From Candidatus Latescibacterota bacterium (lineage in GTDB: Bacteria > Latescibacterota > UBA2968): DNA of 64,000 nt. The notes beneath the pieces are model-generated. The model made no database searches. It was not told where the DNA came from and worked only from the letters and a program-made list of their open reading frames with translations. The stretch covers positions 5,120,001-5,184,000 of the forward strand of contig OZ242195.1 in NCBI GenBank assembly GCA_965205975.1. Reading direction: 5' to 3'. A program made the position numbers and the translations under genes. Below are positions 37,028 through 46,489 of the stretch, piece after piece. The first letter of the stretch is position 1; each line of letters opens with the position of its first letter.

Positions 37028-38298
37028 AACTCCTCGTCGTCGGCAAGGGCGGGCGCGAACACGCCTTTGTCTGGAAACTTGCCCAAAGCAGCAAGATTAC
37101 CAGGTTATACGCAGCACCCGGAAGCCCGGGTATGGCGCAATATGCCGAATGTGTCGATATTTCGGATAGCGATCTCAATGGTCTGGTAGATTTTGCACAA
37201 CGGGAGGGTATTGACATTTCGGTCATCGGTCCCGAAGCTCCCCTTGCAGATGGTATTGTCGATGTTTTCGCGCAACGGGGTCTCGCTGTTTTTGGTCCCA
37301 CACAGGCAGCGGCGCAAATTGAAGCGGACAAAGATTTTGCGCTTGAACTTATGCATAAATACGATATTCCAACCGGTGCTTATGAAACTTTTGTGGATGC
37401 TGAAACGGCTAAGGTACGGCTCAGGGAATGGCAACACCCGCTCTATCTCAAAGTGAGCGGTCTCGCTGCGGGCAAAGGGGCGATTTATTGTGAGACGCTG
37501 CAAGATTCCTATAAAACCGTGGATGAAGTGATGGTGAAACGCGCCTTTGGCGCGTCGGGTGACAAGCTGGTTGCGATGGCGTTGCTCGAGGGGGAAGAAG
37601 CGTCGATATTTGGATTTTCAGATGGTGAAAATATTGTTTGTGTTGTGCCTTCGCAAGACCATAAGACGATTGGCGAGGGCGATGTGGGGCTCAATACGGG
37701 TGGTATGGGTGCGTATGCGCCTGCTCCGATTATTACGCCTGAACTCTTTGACGATATTGTTCTGCGCATTATGAAGCGCACGGTACACGCCCTGGCACAG
37801 GAGGATCGTCCATACAAAGGCATTCTCTACGGTGGTATTATTGTCACGGCTGATGGTCCCAAAGTAATTGAATTTAACTGCCGCATGGGCGATCCAGAAA
37901 CGCAGGTGGTTCTCCCATTGATCAAAACCGATTTCGTAGATATAATTGAGGCTGTGTGCAATGGTTCGGTGGCGGATCTCAATATTGAACTCGACAACCG
38001 CGCGGCGACCTGCGTGGTTATGGCTTCGGGAGGCTATCCCGAAGCATACGATACCGGCTTTCCCATTTCTGGTATTGATCGCGCCGAGGCACCGGGCGAT
38101 GTGATCGTTTTTCACGCTGGCACGGGACGCGAAGACGATCAACTCGTCACCAATGGCGGGCGCGTTATCGGCGTTACTGCAATCGGCGATACGATCAAAT
38201 CTTCCATCGATCGCGCTTATAAAGCAGTGGGCAAAATTGATTTTGACAAGGCCTATTTCCGAAGGGATATTGGGCATCGCGCTTTGACAAATGCGTGA
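37024..38298 (+). CDS. purD: Phosphoribosylamine-glycine ligase
   Basis: GKGGREHA, GPEAPL, GLAAGKG, NTGGMGAY, EFNCRMGDPE, TNGGRV. Confidence 0.97.
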   Translation: MKLLVVGKGGREHAFVWKLAQSSKITRLYAAPGSPGMAQYAECVDISDSDLNGLVDFAQREGIDISVIGPEAPLADGIVDVFAQRGLAVFGPTQAAAQIEADKDFALELMHKYDIPTGAYETFVDAETAKVRLREWQHPLYLKVSGLAAGKGAIYCETLQDSYKTVDEVMVKRAFGASGDKLVAMALLEGEEASIFGFSDGENIVCVVPSQDHKTIGEGDVGLNTGGMGAYAPAPIITPELFDDIVLRIMKRTVHALAQEDRPYKGILYGGIIVTADGPKVIEFNCRMGDPETQVVLPLIKTDFVDIIEAVCNGSVADLNIELDNRAATCVVMASGGYPEAYDTGFPISGIDRAEAPGDVIVFHAGTGREDDQLVTNGGRVIGVTAIGDTIKSSIDRAYKAVGKIDFDKAYFRRDIGHRALTNA

Positions 38299-38329
38299 GT
38301 AAGGGAGTCCCTTAATGAGGAGGTAAAAA

Positions 38330-38593
38330 ATGGCATTTATAGAACATGGTAAGGTACAAGATGGGAGTATTTTGCTCTCCAAGCCTTTGCCCTTGCCCGA
38401 AGGGACAGAAGTGGTCATACATGTTGAGCCGATTAACACTGCTCGCCAAAGCACTACGCCTGATGAACGCGAAAATTTTACCGCCTTACCTTTTTTTGGT
38501 ATGTGGGCGGAACGCGAAGATATGAGTGATAGTGCATCATGGGTGCGAAAGGAAAGACAGAAGTGGCACAAACGAATCATACCCCCGGAGTGA
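38330..38593 (+). CDS. Putative antitoxin (VapB-like partner)
   Basis: 87 aa; LPEGTEV N-terminal strand motif; FFGMWAEREDM...WVR; overlaps the PIN gene. Confidence 0.75.
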   Translation: MAFIEHGKVQDGSILLSKPLPLPEGTEVVIHVEPINTARQSTTPDERENFTALPFFGMWAEREDMSDSASWVRKERQKWHKRIIPPE

Positions 38594-38961
38594 TTGATAC
38601 TGATATTCTTATTGATGCAACGAGGGGTATCGTAGATGCAGTCACGTTTTTGGCGGCTCATCAAGTATCGGGCATCCAAATTAGTACCATTTCCGCTATG
38701 GAATTAGTCGTGGGGTGTCGCAACAAAGCAGAGTTGAATCAGCTACAGCAATTCCTTCAAAAATGTACTGTTTTGCCTGTTACTACCACTGCCTCACAGA
38801 TCGCCTATCAACTGATGGAAACATTTTTTCTAAGCTACGGACTTCTTATGCCCGACGCGCTTATTGCAGCGACGGTTAAGGAGCGTGGACAGATCCTCTA
38901 TACCAAGAACGTGCGCCACTTTGATATGATTCCAGGGTTAACGGTCATTCGACCATACTGA
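38563..38961 (+). CDS. vapC: VapC/PIN-domain toxin (start codon uncertain: 38539, 38563 or 38590)
   Basis: IDTDILID, SAMEL, PDALIAAT, TKNVRHF. Confidence 0.9.
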   Translation: MAQTNHTPGVIDTDILIDATRGIVDAVTFLAAHQVSGIQISTISAMELVVGCRNKAELNQLQQFLQKCTVLPVTTTASQIAYQLMETFFLSYGLLMPDALIAATVKERGQILYTKNVRHFDMIPGLTVIRPY

Positions 38962-39048
38962 ACACGAGTTTTATTTCTCAACCAATTTGGCAACTAAGCG
39001 TTATAATGCGTATCTTTCTTGAACGCCAGATATTTCTGGAGGCATAAG

Positions 39049-40146
39049 ATGTCTTACAAAGCAGCGGTTATCGGTCTGGGGCGTATGGGCAGTACATTTG
39101 ATGACGAAATTACTCAGGGCGGGTCTATTTTCTTGCCCTATTGCCATGGTCCCACTTATTGCGCGCATTCGCAGACTGATCTCATTGCGGGGGCTGATCC
39201 CCACGATGAGCAGCGCGCTTTGTTTGGCGAGCGGTGGGGTATTGATAGCGATCATTTGTATGCCAATCATCGCGATTTGCTCGAAGACGCAAAACCCGAT
39301 ATCGTCAGTGTGACTACCACAGCGCGTTACCGTCCACAAATTGTAATGGACGCTGTTGATGCTGGTGTGAAAGCCTTGTGGGTGGAAAAACCCATTGCCT
39401 TTAGCCTTGAAGAAGCCGATGCTATGGTTAATGCTTGCCGGGAAAATGGCGTTCCCATCGCCGTGTATTGCTCGCGTCGTTACAATCCCTATTTCAGTGA
39501 AGCCCGCCGCATGATCGAAGCGGGGGATCTGGGCGATATTCTCCAGATTACCGCTTATGCCCAGTGTGGTTTGTCGCACAATGGCAGTCACGCGATTGAT
39601 ACGATTCGCTATCTCGCTGGTGGCGATGTTTCATGGGTTTTTGGAGAGATGGCGTCGGATGAAGATACCGCATCTGATGACGATCTGATGGGCAATGGAT
39701 ATCTCGCTTTTGACAATGGCGTTCGGGCGTATCTCCGCGGGACATCGACAGGTGTTGCTTCGTGGGAATTTGATATTATTGGGACAGAGGGCAGGGTTCG
39801 CACCTTATCGGATGCGCTTGAGTTTGAGTTTTTTCAAAGAGTTTCAGGCGGCCTGGGGAACCGGGGCGTCCCTGCGCGGTCTCCTTTCCCGCAGCCAGCG
39901 CGTCCCGTGGGTCAGGGTATTACCACTGTGGATGATCTGATTGATGCTATGGAGAACAACCGACCGCCGCGTTGCTCGGGAGCCGATGGTCGCGCTGCTC
40001 TCGAGGTTGCGATTGCTCTTCGGGAATCCCATCGCCGTGATGGCGTCCGCATTGACCTGCCTATTGAAGACAGGTCACTCAAAATTTTTTCCAGTGAGAC
40101 GCAAGCAGACCACACACCTGCGCGCGTGCGCCGGTTGAATCAGTAG
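39049..40146 (+). CDS. Gfo/Idh/MocA family oxidoreductase
   Basis: IGLGRMG, VEKPIA, HNGSHAID. Confidence 0.9.
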   Translation: MSYKAAVIGLGRMGSTFDDEITQGGSIFLPYCHGPTYCAHSQTDLIAGADPHDEQRALFGERWGIDSDHLYANHRDLLEDAKPDIVSVTTTARYRPQIVMDAVDAGVKALWVEKPIAFSLEEADAMVNACRENGVPIAVYCSRRYNPYFSEARRMIEAGDLGDILQITAYAQCGLSHNGSHAIDTIRYLAGGDVSWVFGEMASDEDTASDDDLMGNGYLAFDNGVRAYLRGTSTGVASWEFDIIGTEGRVRTLSDALEFEFFQRVSGGLGNRGVPARSPFPQPARPVGQGITTVDDLIDAMENNRPPRCSGADGRAALEVAIALRESHRRDGVRIDLPIEDRSLKIFSSETQADHTPARVRRLNQ

Positions 40147-40174
40147 AAAAATCTAAATACCAAAGGAGATTTTT

Positions 40175-40630
40175 ATGGCAGATCCAGTTGTTGGCATTAT
40201 TATGGGCAGTTCTTCGGATGAACCCACGATGGAAAAAGGCTGCGCCATTCTCGACGAACTCCAGATTCCCTACGATATGATCGTATGTTCCGCCCATCGC
40301 AATCCCGAGCGTACCGCTGAATACGCCAGTACGGCAAAGGCGCGTGGTTTGAAGGTGATCATTGCAGGTGCTGGTTTGGCCGCAGCACTGCCCGGCGTGA
40401 TTGCCGCGCATACGACTTTGCCGGTTGTTGGCGTTCCATGCGCTTCGGGTGCGCTCAACGGCGTTGATGCGTTATACGCTATTGTTCAGATGCCTCCAGG
40501 GGTTCCCGTTGCGACTGTGGGTATTGACAATGCGCGCAATGCCGCTGTGCTGGCAGCGCAAATTCTCGCGCTTTCAGACGAGGGCATACAAGAGCGCCTG
40601 CAAGCCTATAAAGATGCCCTGGGTGGATAA
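40175..40630 (+). CDS. purE: N5-carboxyaminoimidazole ribonucleotide mutase
   Basis: IIMGSSSD, SAHRNP, AGLAAALPG, VQMPPGVPVATV. Confidence 0.97.
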   Translation: MADPVVGIIMGSSSDEPTMEKGCAILDELQIPYDMIVCSAHRNPERTAEYASTAKARGLKVIIAGAGLAAALPGVIAAHTTLPVVGVPCASGALNGVDALYAIVQMPPGVPVATVGIDNARNAAVLAAQILALSDEGIQERLQAYKDALGG

Positions 40631-40657
40631 TACTATTGCGATTTAACGGAGGTTTTT

Positions 40658-41182
40658 TTGCAACGTCATATATTTGTTTTTATTGCTCTTCTTCTTGTAA
40701 GCTGCGACGCACCCAAAACAGATCGCGCATCGAATACCGACCAGTATCTCATTCCCGCGACGGCAGAGGAGATTCTCAAGGATGTGAAAAATACCGATGC
40801 CAGGGTCGTTCTCGTCAATGTCTGGGCAACGTGGTGTCCCCCATGTGTTGAAGAGTTTCCCGATTTGATGGCTGTTTATAATCAGTACAAAGATCAGGGT
40901 CTAAAGATCGTCTTTATTTCTGCTGATTCTGAAGGTCAGGCCGATGGCGCGATTGCCTTTCTCAAAGCGCACGGTGTTGATTTTCCAAGCTATATCAAGT
41001 TGAAGAGCGATGGGGCGTTTATCAATACATTAGACCCCGACTGGTGGGGCGCAATACCCGCTACATGGCTATACGACAGCGCGGGCAATAAACGCCATTT
41101 TTGGCTCGGGAAGACCTCGCGCGAACAATTTGAAGCGAAGATACGCGATGTATTGATGGGAGGCGGTCAAGGGGTACTTTAG
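40658..41182 (+). CDS. TlpA-like thiol-disulfide oxidoreductase lipoprotein
   Basis: Lipobox LVSC; NVWATWCPPCVEE. Confidence 0.9.
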   Translation: MQRHIFVFIALLLVSCDAPKTDRASNTDQYLIPATAEEILKDVKNTDARVVLVNVWATWCPPCVEEFPDLMAVYNQYKDQGLKIVFISADSEGQADGAIAFLKAHGVDFPSYIKLKSDGAFINTLDPDWWGAIPATWLYDSAGNKRHFWLGKTSREQFEAKIRDVLMGGGQGVL

Positions 41183-41244
41183 GGTGCGCCTATCCGACAT
41201 TAAGACTATAGATACTCTCATACCACCAAATACAGGAGGATTCC

Positions 41245-41856
41245 ATGCGTAGATTATTAGCGATTGCACTTGTCGCAGCGATGGGTTTCAATGCCGAAGC
41301 AGGCAAAAGCGAAACCCTCGCATTGGGCGCAGAAGCACCGGCAACCGACCTGGAGATGAAGGGCACCGATGGTAAAATGTACACTCTGGAGAGCGTGCAG
41401 GGCGAGAAGGGTACTCTGGTGATTTTTTCGTGCAATTCCTGTCCCTGGGCCGTCAAATGGGAAAGCCGCGTAGCCAGTATTGGCAATGCGTATCGCGGCA
41501 AGGGGTTTGGTGTTATTGTGATTAATTCCAATGATCCCAGGCGTGCTGCAGAGGATAGTTTTGACGAGATGGTCGCGCGCGCAAAAGTGCTATCTTACGA
41601 GTTTCCCTATGTGGTTGATCCCGCATCCCAGGTCGCCCGCGCATTTGGCGCCAGCCGTACGCCAGAAATTTTTCTTTTTAATCATAAAGGCAAGCTCGCG
41701 TATCACGGCGCGATTGACGATAATGCTTCGGATGCCAATGCCGTGGAAGCGGCGTACCTCAAAGACGCGCTCGACGCATTGTTGGCCGGAGAAGCTGTTT
41801 CAATGTCCGAGACCAAAGCCCTCGGTTGTAACATCAAGTTCAACGAAGACTCGTAG
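41245..41856 (+). CDS. Thioredoxin-fold protein (AhpC/TSA, Prx-like)
   Basis: Signal peptide; FSCNSCPW, INSND, FGASRTPE, YHGAIDD, GCNIK. Confidence 0.88.
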   Translation: MRRLLAIALVAAMGFNAEAGKSETLALGAEAPATDLEMKGTDGKMYTLESVQGEKGTLVIFSCNSCPWAVKWESRVASIGNAYRGKGFGVIVINSNDPRRAAEDSFDEMVARAKVLSYEFPYVVDPASQVARAFGASRTPEIFLFNHKGKLAYHGAIDDNASDANAVEAAYLKDALDALLAGEAVSMSETKALGCNIKFNEDS

Positions 41857-41873
41857 GGAAGGAGGATGAGAAG

Positions 41874-42116
41874 ATGAGTGTATCATCCGCTTATAGGGAA
41901 ATCATTGATTTTATTGCAGAGGGGATAACGCCTGAAGATTTGGTAGCCTTTCATCCATCTGAAACTGCCAAAAAGCAAGTCGCCGATCTGGTCTATCGCG
42001 AGAAAACAACAGGACTTACTGCAGAAGAGACGGCTGAACTCAATCATTATTTGGAACTTGAGCATCTGATGCGTCTTGCTAAAGCCCGTACCCGCCATTA
42101 TTTGAAAGATGAGTAA
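41874..42116 (+). CDS. Small hypothetical protein, upstream partner of the HNH nuclease
   Basis: 80 aa helical; LT.EE.AEL..Y..LEHLMRLAKAR; overlaps the HNH start. Confidence 0.75.
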   Translation: MSVSSAYREIIDFIAEGITPEDLVAFHPSETAKKQVADLVYREKTTGLTAEETAELNHYLELEHLMRLAKARTRHYLKDE

Positions 42117-42552
42117 AACCTATATCAGCGTTGCTTTACGACAACTTGCGATAACACGCGCCAGGAGGCTGTGCGAGTACTGCCTGATTCACGAAGATGA
42201 TGCCTATTTTGGATGCGAAATTGATCACATCATTAGTGTGAAACATGGCGGACCAACAGAAGATAGCAATTTGGCCTATGCGTGTTTGTTCTGCAATCGC
42301 AACAAGGGTAGTGACATTGGGTCTATCGTGAGACAAACGGGACAATTTTATCGTTTCTTTAATCCTCGTATTGATCATTGGGCAGACCATTTCGCTTTGA
42401 ACGGCGTGAGAATTGATACTCTTACAGAAATAGGCGAGGTGACTGCTCGTATTTTGGATTTCAATCATATAGACCGTTTAATTGAGCGTCAGGAATTGGA
42501 GACTTTTGGCTATTATCCTCCTCCTGACGCTCTTGTATTAATTTCAAAGTAG
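42109..42552 (+). CDS. HNH endonuclease
   Basis: CEYC, IDHIISVKHGG...NLAYAC..CN.NKGSD, FNPR. Confidence 0.92.
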   Translation: MSKTYISVALRQLAITRARRLCEYCLIHEDDAYFGCEIDHIISVKHGGPTEDSNLAYACLFCNRNKGSDIGSIVRQTGQFYRFFNPRIDHWADHFALNGVRIDTLTEIGEVTARILDFNHIDRLIERQELETFGYYPPPDALVLISK

Positions 42553-42638
42553 CAGATTGCCCGAGTTGTATCAGATTTTATCCAGACTAAAAAAGTCGCG
42601 TGCGTAAAGTCGCGTGCGTTTTGAAAGGAGTTCTCATT

Positions 42639-43829
42639 ATGACCCTTAGTGAGCAACAGATCGCGGATTACCATGAGGATGGTTATGTGATTATTCGCAA
42701 TGTCTTATCCGCGAGCGAAGCGAATGACCTTCGTCGCGTTGTGCAGGAAAAGGTCAAACGCGGTGCGTACCCACCAAAGCTTTCGTATCCTGAGCCTGCG
42801 AAGTACACCGTTAGTGGCAACAGACTATCAGAATCGGGACTTACTTCGATTTCCGAGCATCCGACGGTTGTTGGTGCGGTAGAGTCCGTACTGGGTCAAC
42901 CGGCGCATTTGACGGCTTTTGTGGCGTATTTGCGGACGCCGGGCGATAAAGGAGGTGGTGCTCACTGCGATTACAAACGGTGGCGTCCCGTTGGTTCGTC
43001 GATGAACTGGGTGTTTGCCATTATTCCGCTGACTGATTTCGATCCGGAGTATGGTCCTTTTCTGGTGTCGCCGAAATCGCACAAACTGACGCGGATAATT
43101 GACGAGGATGCACATATTTTAGATGTTACACGGCCCGATAGGAGCCAATTGCCGGATTTTATCGATCCGGAACTCAAAGCGGGGGATTTGCTGGTTGTCA
43201 ACGAGCACGTCTGGCATGAAGCACCTGCGGGTACGAGTACAGAAGACCGTTGTGGTATTTTTAATAAGTATTGTGCGGCAAACGCGCCTCCCGCCGCGGG
43301 ATATTATCCGTATAATTCCGCTTCTCTTGAGGCTTTGAGCGATGATGGAAAACGGCTTATTCCCGTCTGTTTTGACAAGCCGATTGAGACGACCCGTTTG
43401 CTTATCGAGTGTCCGAATGGTGGGGAGCCGAGGTTCTTGCTAAGACGCGATGATGAGATGGGTCGTTGGGAGTTGCCGGGTGGCGAGGGGTGGGAAGAGG
43501 AAAAGTTGGTCGGCTGGGATGTCGGCGCGCGTGTAGGCTCTTTGCAAGAACTTACCAGGAAGCAACTCGATCTGGAGGTGCCGTGGATGTCTTATATTGA
43601 AGATGTGGAAGAGGAAGATGGTATTTGTCGGGTTTATGGTTTCTCGGATGAGAATATAGACGCCGATGCGCTGGCAAACGGAGACTGCGATTGGTTTACC
43701 AGAGGACAGATACAACAGTTTCTCGGTGAGGGCGATGCGATTAGTCGCGCTGTTGAGCTATGGCAAAGAGCAGATATTATCCGCGGTAAAGGCAAGGCGT
43801 GTAATCAGAGCAAAAAACAGTTTGAGTGA
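42639..43829 (+). CDS. Phytanoyl-CoA dioxygenase (PhyH) family protein with a C-terminal Nudix-like domain
   Basis: EDGYVII, HCD, SPKSH, LKAGD...VWH; C-terminal FLLRR...WELPGGEG. Confidence 0.8.
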   Translation: MTLSEQQIADYHEDGYVIIRNVLSASEANDLRRVVQEKVKRGAYPPKLSYPEPAKYTVSGNRLSESGLTSISEHPTVVGAVESVLGQPAHLTAFVAYLRTPGDKGGGAHCDYKRWRPVGSSMNWVFAIIPLTDFDPEYGPFLVSPKSHKLTRIIDEDAHILDVTRPDRSQLPDFIDPELKAGDLLVVNEHVWHEAPAGTSTEDRCGIFNKYCAANAPPAAGYYPYNSASLEALSDDGKRLIPVCFDKPIETTRLLIECPNGGEPRFLLRRDDEMGRWELPGGEGWEEEKLVGWDVGARVGSLQELTRKQLDLEVPWMSYIEDVEEEDGICRVYGFSDENIDADALANGDCDWFTRGQIQQFLGEGDAISRAVELWQRADIIRGKGKACNQSKKQFE

Positions 43830-43849
43830 GCTGGATATAGATCGTTCAA

Positions 43850-45109
43850 TTATTCTTTTTTGAACACGACGACTCGGTTGGTGTTTGTACCTTTTTTTCT
43901 GTTATCGACGCCCCAAACATTGGCGGTTTTGGTGAATTTTTGGTCGTTGATTAAGACGAGCAATGGCGTGAGTCCCGCTTCGATGCCGCACGGGATAACC
44001 GCTTCTTCGAGTTTTACTTTGCCGTGTCTGACTTCGCCGACTTCAAAGGCGATATGTCCGCCGGGTTTCAAAACGCGCTTTAATTCTAAAAAGACCTTTG
44101 TCATTTCGCATTGCCATTGCTCCACTTTCCTTGCCATGGTGATGGGAACAGTTGCAGGGTCTATCCCGCAAAACCAGCATCGCAACCAGTTGTCCTGCGC
44201 GTAGTTGACGACATCGAGAAACGGCGGGGAGGTTACGACAAGGGCGAAGGAGTTGGACGCGATTTCGGGAATGCTATCTGATGGTTGCGTAAGAAAGCGC
44301 GCCTGATTAGAAGCGCATTTCAATATTTTTCGAGTTTGATCGTCGCAATTTTTTAATAGAGTACGCGTTTTTTTAAGGATGCTATCTTTGACATCTCTTA
44401 ACGGTGGTTCTTGATTTCTTTTTTTGTTGATCTTTTTTTGTGAATCAATAGAGACAGCCTGGTTGGGTGGCAGGGTATAAACAGAGAAAAAGCCGGATGA
44501 GTGACCCGTCAATCTGCTCAGTGCGACGAGGCGAATCCATTGATCAACCTGATCAGATTCCCCATTTGTTTCTTTTTTTGTAAGATATTTTTTTAAGGCG
44601 CAAATCTGCTTCAATGTTTCCGGGTGATAAAAGACCAGTAATTCTTCCGGATATTCATCGACATCTTCGAGTTCTATATGGGATAGTCTGTCGGCGACTT
44701 GATCAATGGTGGGTGGATTCAGGCGGGGGAGCGTGAGGATAGAACTCAAGGGATTGATGTCGCATCCTATGGGAATGCGCCCCAAAAGCGCGGATTCGAT
44801 GAGTGTTGTACCCCGCCCAGCAAAGGGGTCATAGACCGCGTCGCCCGGTAAGGTTAGTCGTTCGATAAAGAATCTGGGAAGTTGGGGCTTGAAGCACGCT
44901 CGATATGATATTTCGTGCAGTGCATTGGCTGCTCTTTGTTTTGCGGTCCAAAATTCGTTTACGTAAGTTTCAAGGCGAATCTGCTCTGTCTCCGTAGAGG
45001 TCACAATCGTATTTTGGCCAAATGCGTTGAAGTCCGCCAGTTCCCGTTTGAGCCATTCAGACACAGCAGCAGGGGATCCGAAACCCAATGTCAATTGCTC
45101 CATAGTCAT
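43850..45109 (-). CDS. Amino-type DNA methyltransferase (SPPF, likely m4C; SAM motif before catalytic motif)
   Basis: YRACFKPQLP, DPFAGRGTT, VTSPPF, LKPGG. Confidence 0.88.
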   Translation of the reverse strand: MTMEQLTLGFGSPAAVSEWLKRELADFNAFGQNTIVTSTETEQIRLETYVNEFWTAKQRAANALHEISYRACFKPQLPRFFIERLTLPGDAVYDPFAGRGTTLIESALLGRIPIGCDINPLSSILTLPRLNPPTIDQVADRLSHIELEDVDEYPEELLVFYHPETLKQICALKKYLTKKETNGESDQVDQWIRLVALSRLTGHSSGFFSVYTLPPNQAVSIDSQKKINKKRNQEPPLRDVKDSILKKTRTLLKNCDDQTRKILKCASNQARFLTQPSDSIPEIASNSFALVVTSPPFLDVVNYAQDNWLRCWFCGIDPATVPITMARKVEQWQCEMTKVFLELKRVLKPGGHIAFEVGEVRHGKVKLEEAVIPCGIEAGLTPLLVLINDQKFTKTANVWGVDNRKKGTNTNRVVVFKKE

Positions 45110-45143
45110 GCAGGTCTCTTCCGATTGTGAAATCGTGGCTCTA

Positions 45144-46472
45144 CTATAGCTGATGTTTGATCCATTTATCAACTACAGGTTCTATGTCTCTGGCGCATTT
45201 TTCGTCTGCTATAAGTGAAAAATTTTTGATGGGCCTGTGTTTGGAGGCTCTCATTCCTTGCTCTATTTTACATTCTAAAGGCTCGAAAAGTGAAGGGAGT
45301 TGATTTTTTTTCTGTCTTTCAGAAACGAAATCGCCCATCATCTCTGTGCCTTTAGCAAAACGATCTAAAACAGTACGCATAGCTTCTACGCTGTTATCTA
45401 TTCCAATCCATCTCCTCCCAAGCCGATGCGCGATCTCCAGAGTCGTTCCAGAACCACAAAAACAATCTAAAACTATATCATCGGGATTTGAAGACGCCTC
45501 TATAATGCGCTTGAGAAGCTCTGGATTCTTTTCTGTCGGATAGCCAGTAATTTTGATATTTTGATTGTGAGCATCGCGGTAATCGAGCCATATATCTTGC
45601 ACAGACACGCCTGGGTTTTCATCGAGATAGACTTTGCGCCTGGGATTGCCATTTGGAGACCAATAGATTTTACCTTCAGCGTCAAGCATATCCAGCTTTT
45701 GGGGCGTATATTGCCAGTGTTTGCCGGGAGGGGGGAGCATCCCCCGCCAAGGCTTTCCAGTTTCACCGTTACGGACGCCCGGCGCGTGTATGGGCACTTT
45801 TTTATACCTACGTCCTGTTTTCTCCTCTATATATTGATATTCTTTTAATGCCCGGTCTTCTGTCCAGGGTTCTATAGGGCGATTCCAAACGTATTGATCT
45901 GATTTTGTATAGAACAAGATATAATCCGAAATATTGCCATATTTCTTACGCGTATAGTTTTTGGGGTTGCATTTTTTTCTCACGATACAGTTTTTATAAT
46001 TGCTCAAGCCAAATATTTCATCCATAATTACTTTGATATGAAAGATCATTTTTTCATCCAGATGGAGATAAATTGAACCATCTTCTGCCAATAATTCTCT
46101 GAGCAAGATCAATCGCGCACGTAAAAATTCAATGAATTCCGCTCCCGTTAAATTATCTTCATAAGCGTGAGAGAGTTTCCGAGAGTGGAAAGCGGTCTGG
46201 GTTGAATAAGGTGGATCAATATAAACCAATCGAACTTTTCCGGCTATCTTACGATCATCTAAAAGTTTAGCCATAATTGGCAAATTATCACCATAAAAGA
46301 AAAAATTCCGAGTATCCGCACCTTTTTCGGTTTTTGCCCATACATTTACCAATTTTGACTTTGGGGTCTTCATTAGATCAGGTGCGGATTTTTTGCCAGA
46401 ATAATCCAGATGCATGGTCAAATCTTTTTTGTTCTTTTTTTCTTTTTTGATTGTCGGAATACCAATAGCCAT
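45144..46472 (-). CDS. Type II beta-class DNA methyltransferase (DPPY)
   Basis: GDNL, YIDPPY, YPTEKN, LDCFCGSGTT. Confidence 0.92.
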   Translation of the reverse strand: MAIGIPTIKKEKKNKKDLTMHLDYSGKKSAPDLMKTPKSKLVNVWAKTEKGADTRNFFFYGDNLPIMAKLLDDRKIAGKVRLVYIDPPYSTQTAFHSRKLSHAYEDNLTGAEFIEFLRARLILLRELLAEDGSIYLHLDEKMIFHIKVIMDEIFGLSNYKNCIVRKKCNPKNYTRKKYGNISDYILFYTKSDQYVWNRPIEPWTEDRALKEYQYIEEKTGRRYKKVPIHAPGVRNGETGKPWRGMLPPPGKHWQYTPQKLDMLDAEGKIYWSPNGNPRRKVYLDENPGVSVQDIWLDYRDAHNQNIKITGYPTEKNPELLKRIIEASSNPDDIVLDCFCGSGTTLEIAHRLGRRWIGIDNSVEAMRTVLDRFAKGTEMMGDFVSERQKKNQLPSLFEPLECKIEQGMRASKHRPIKNFSLIADEKCARDIEPVVDKWIKHQL

Positions 46473-46489
46473 TTTCGAAACCCTTGAAA

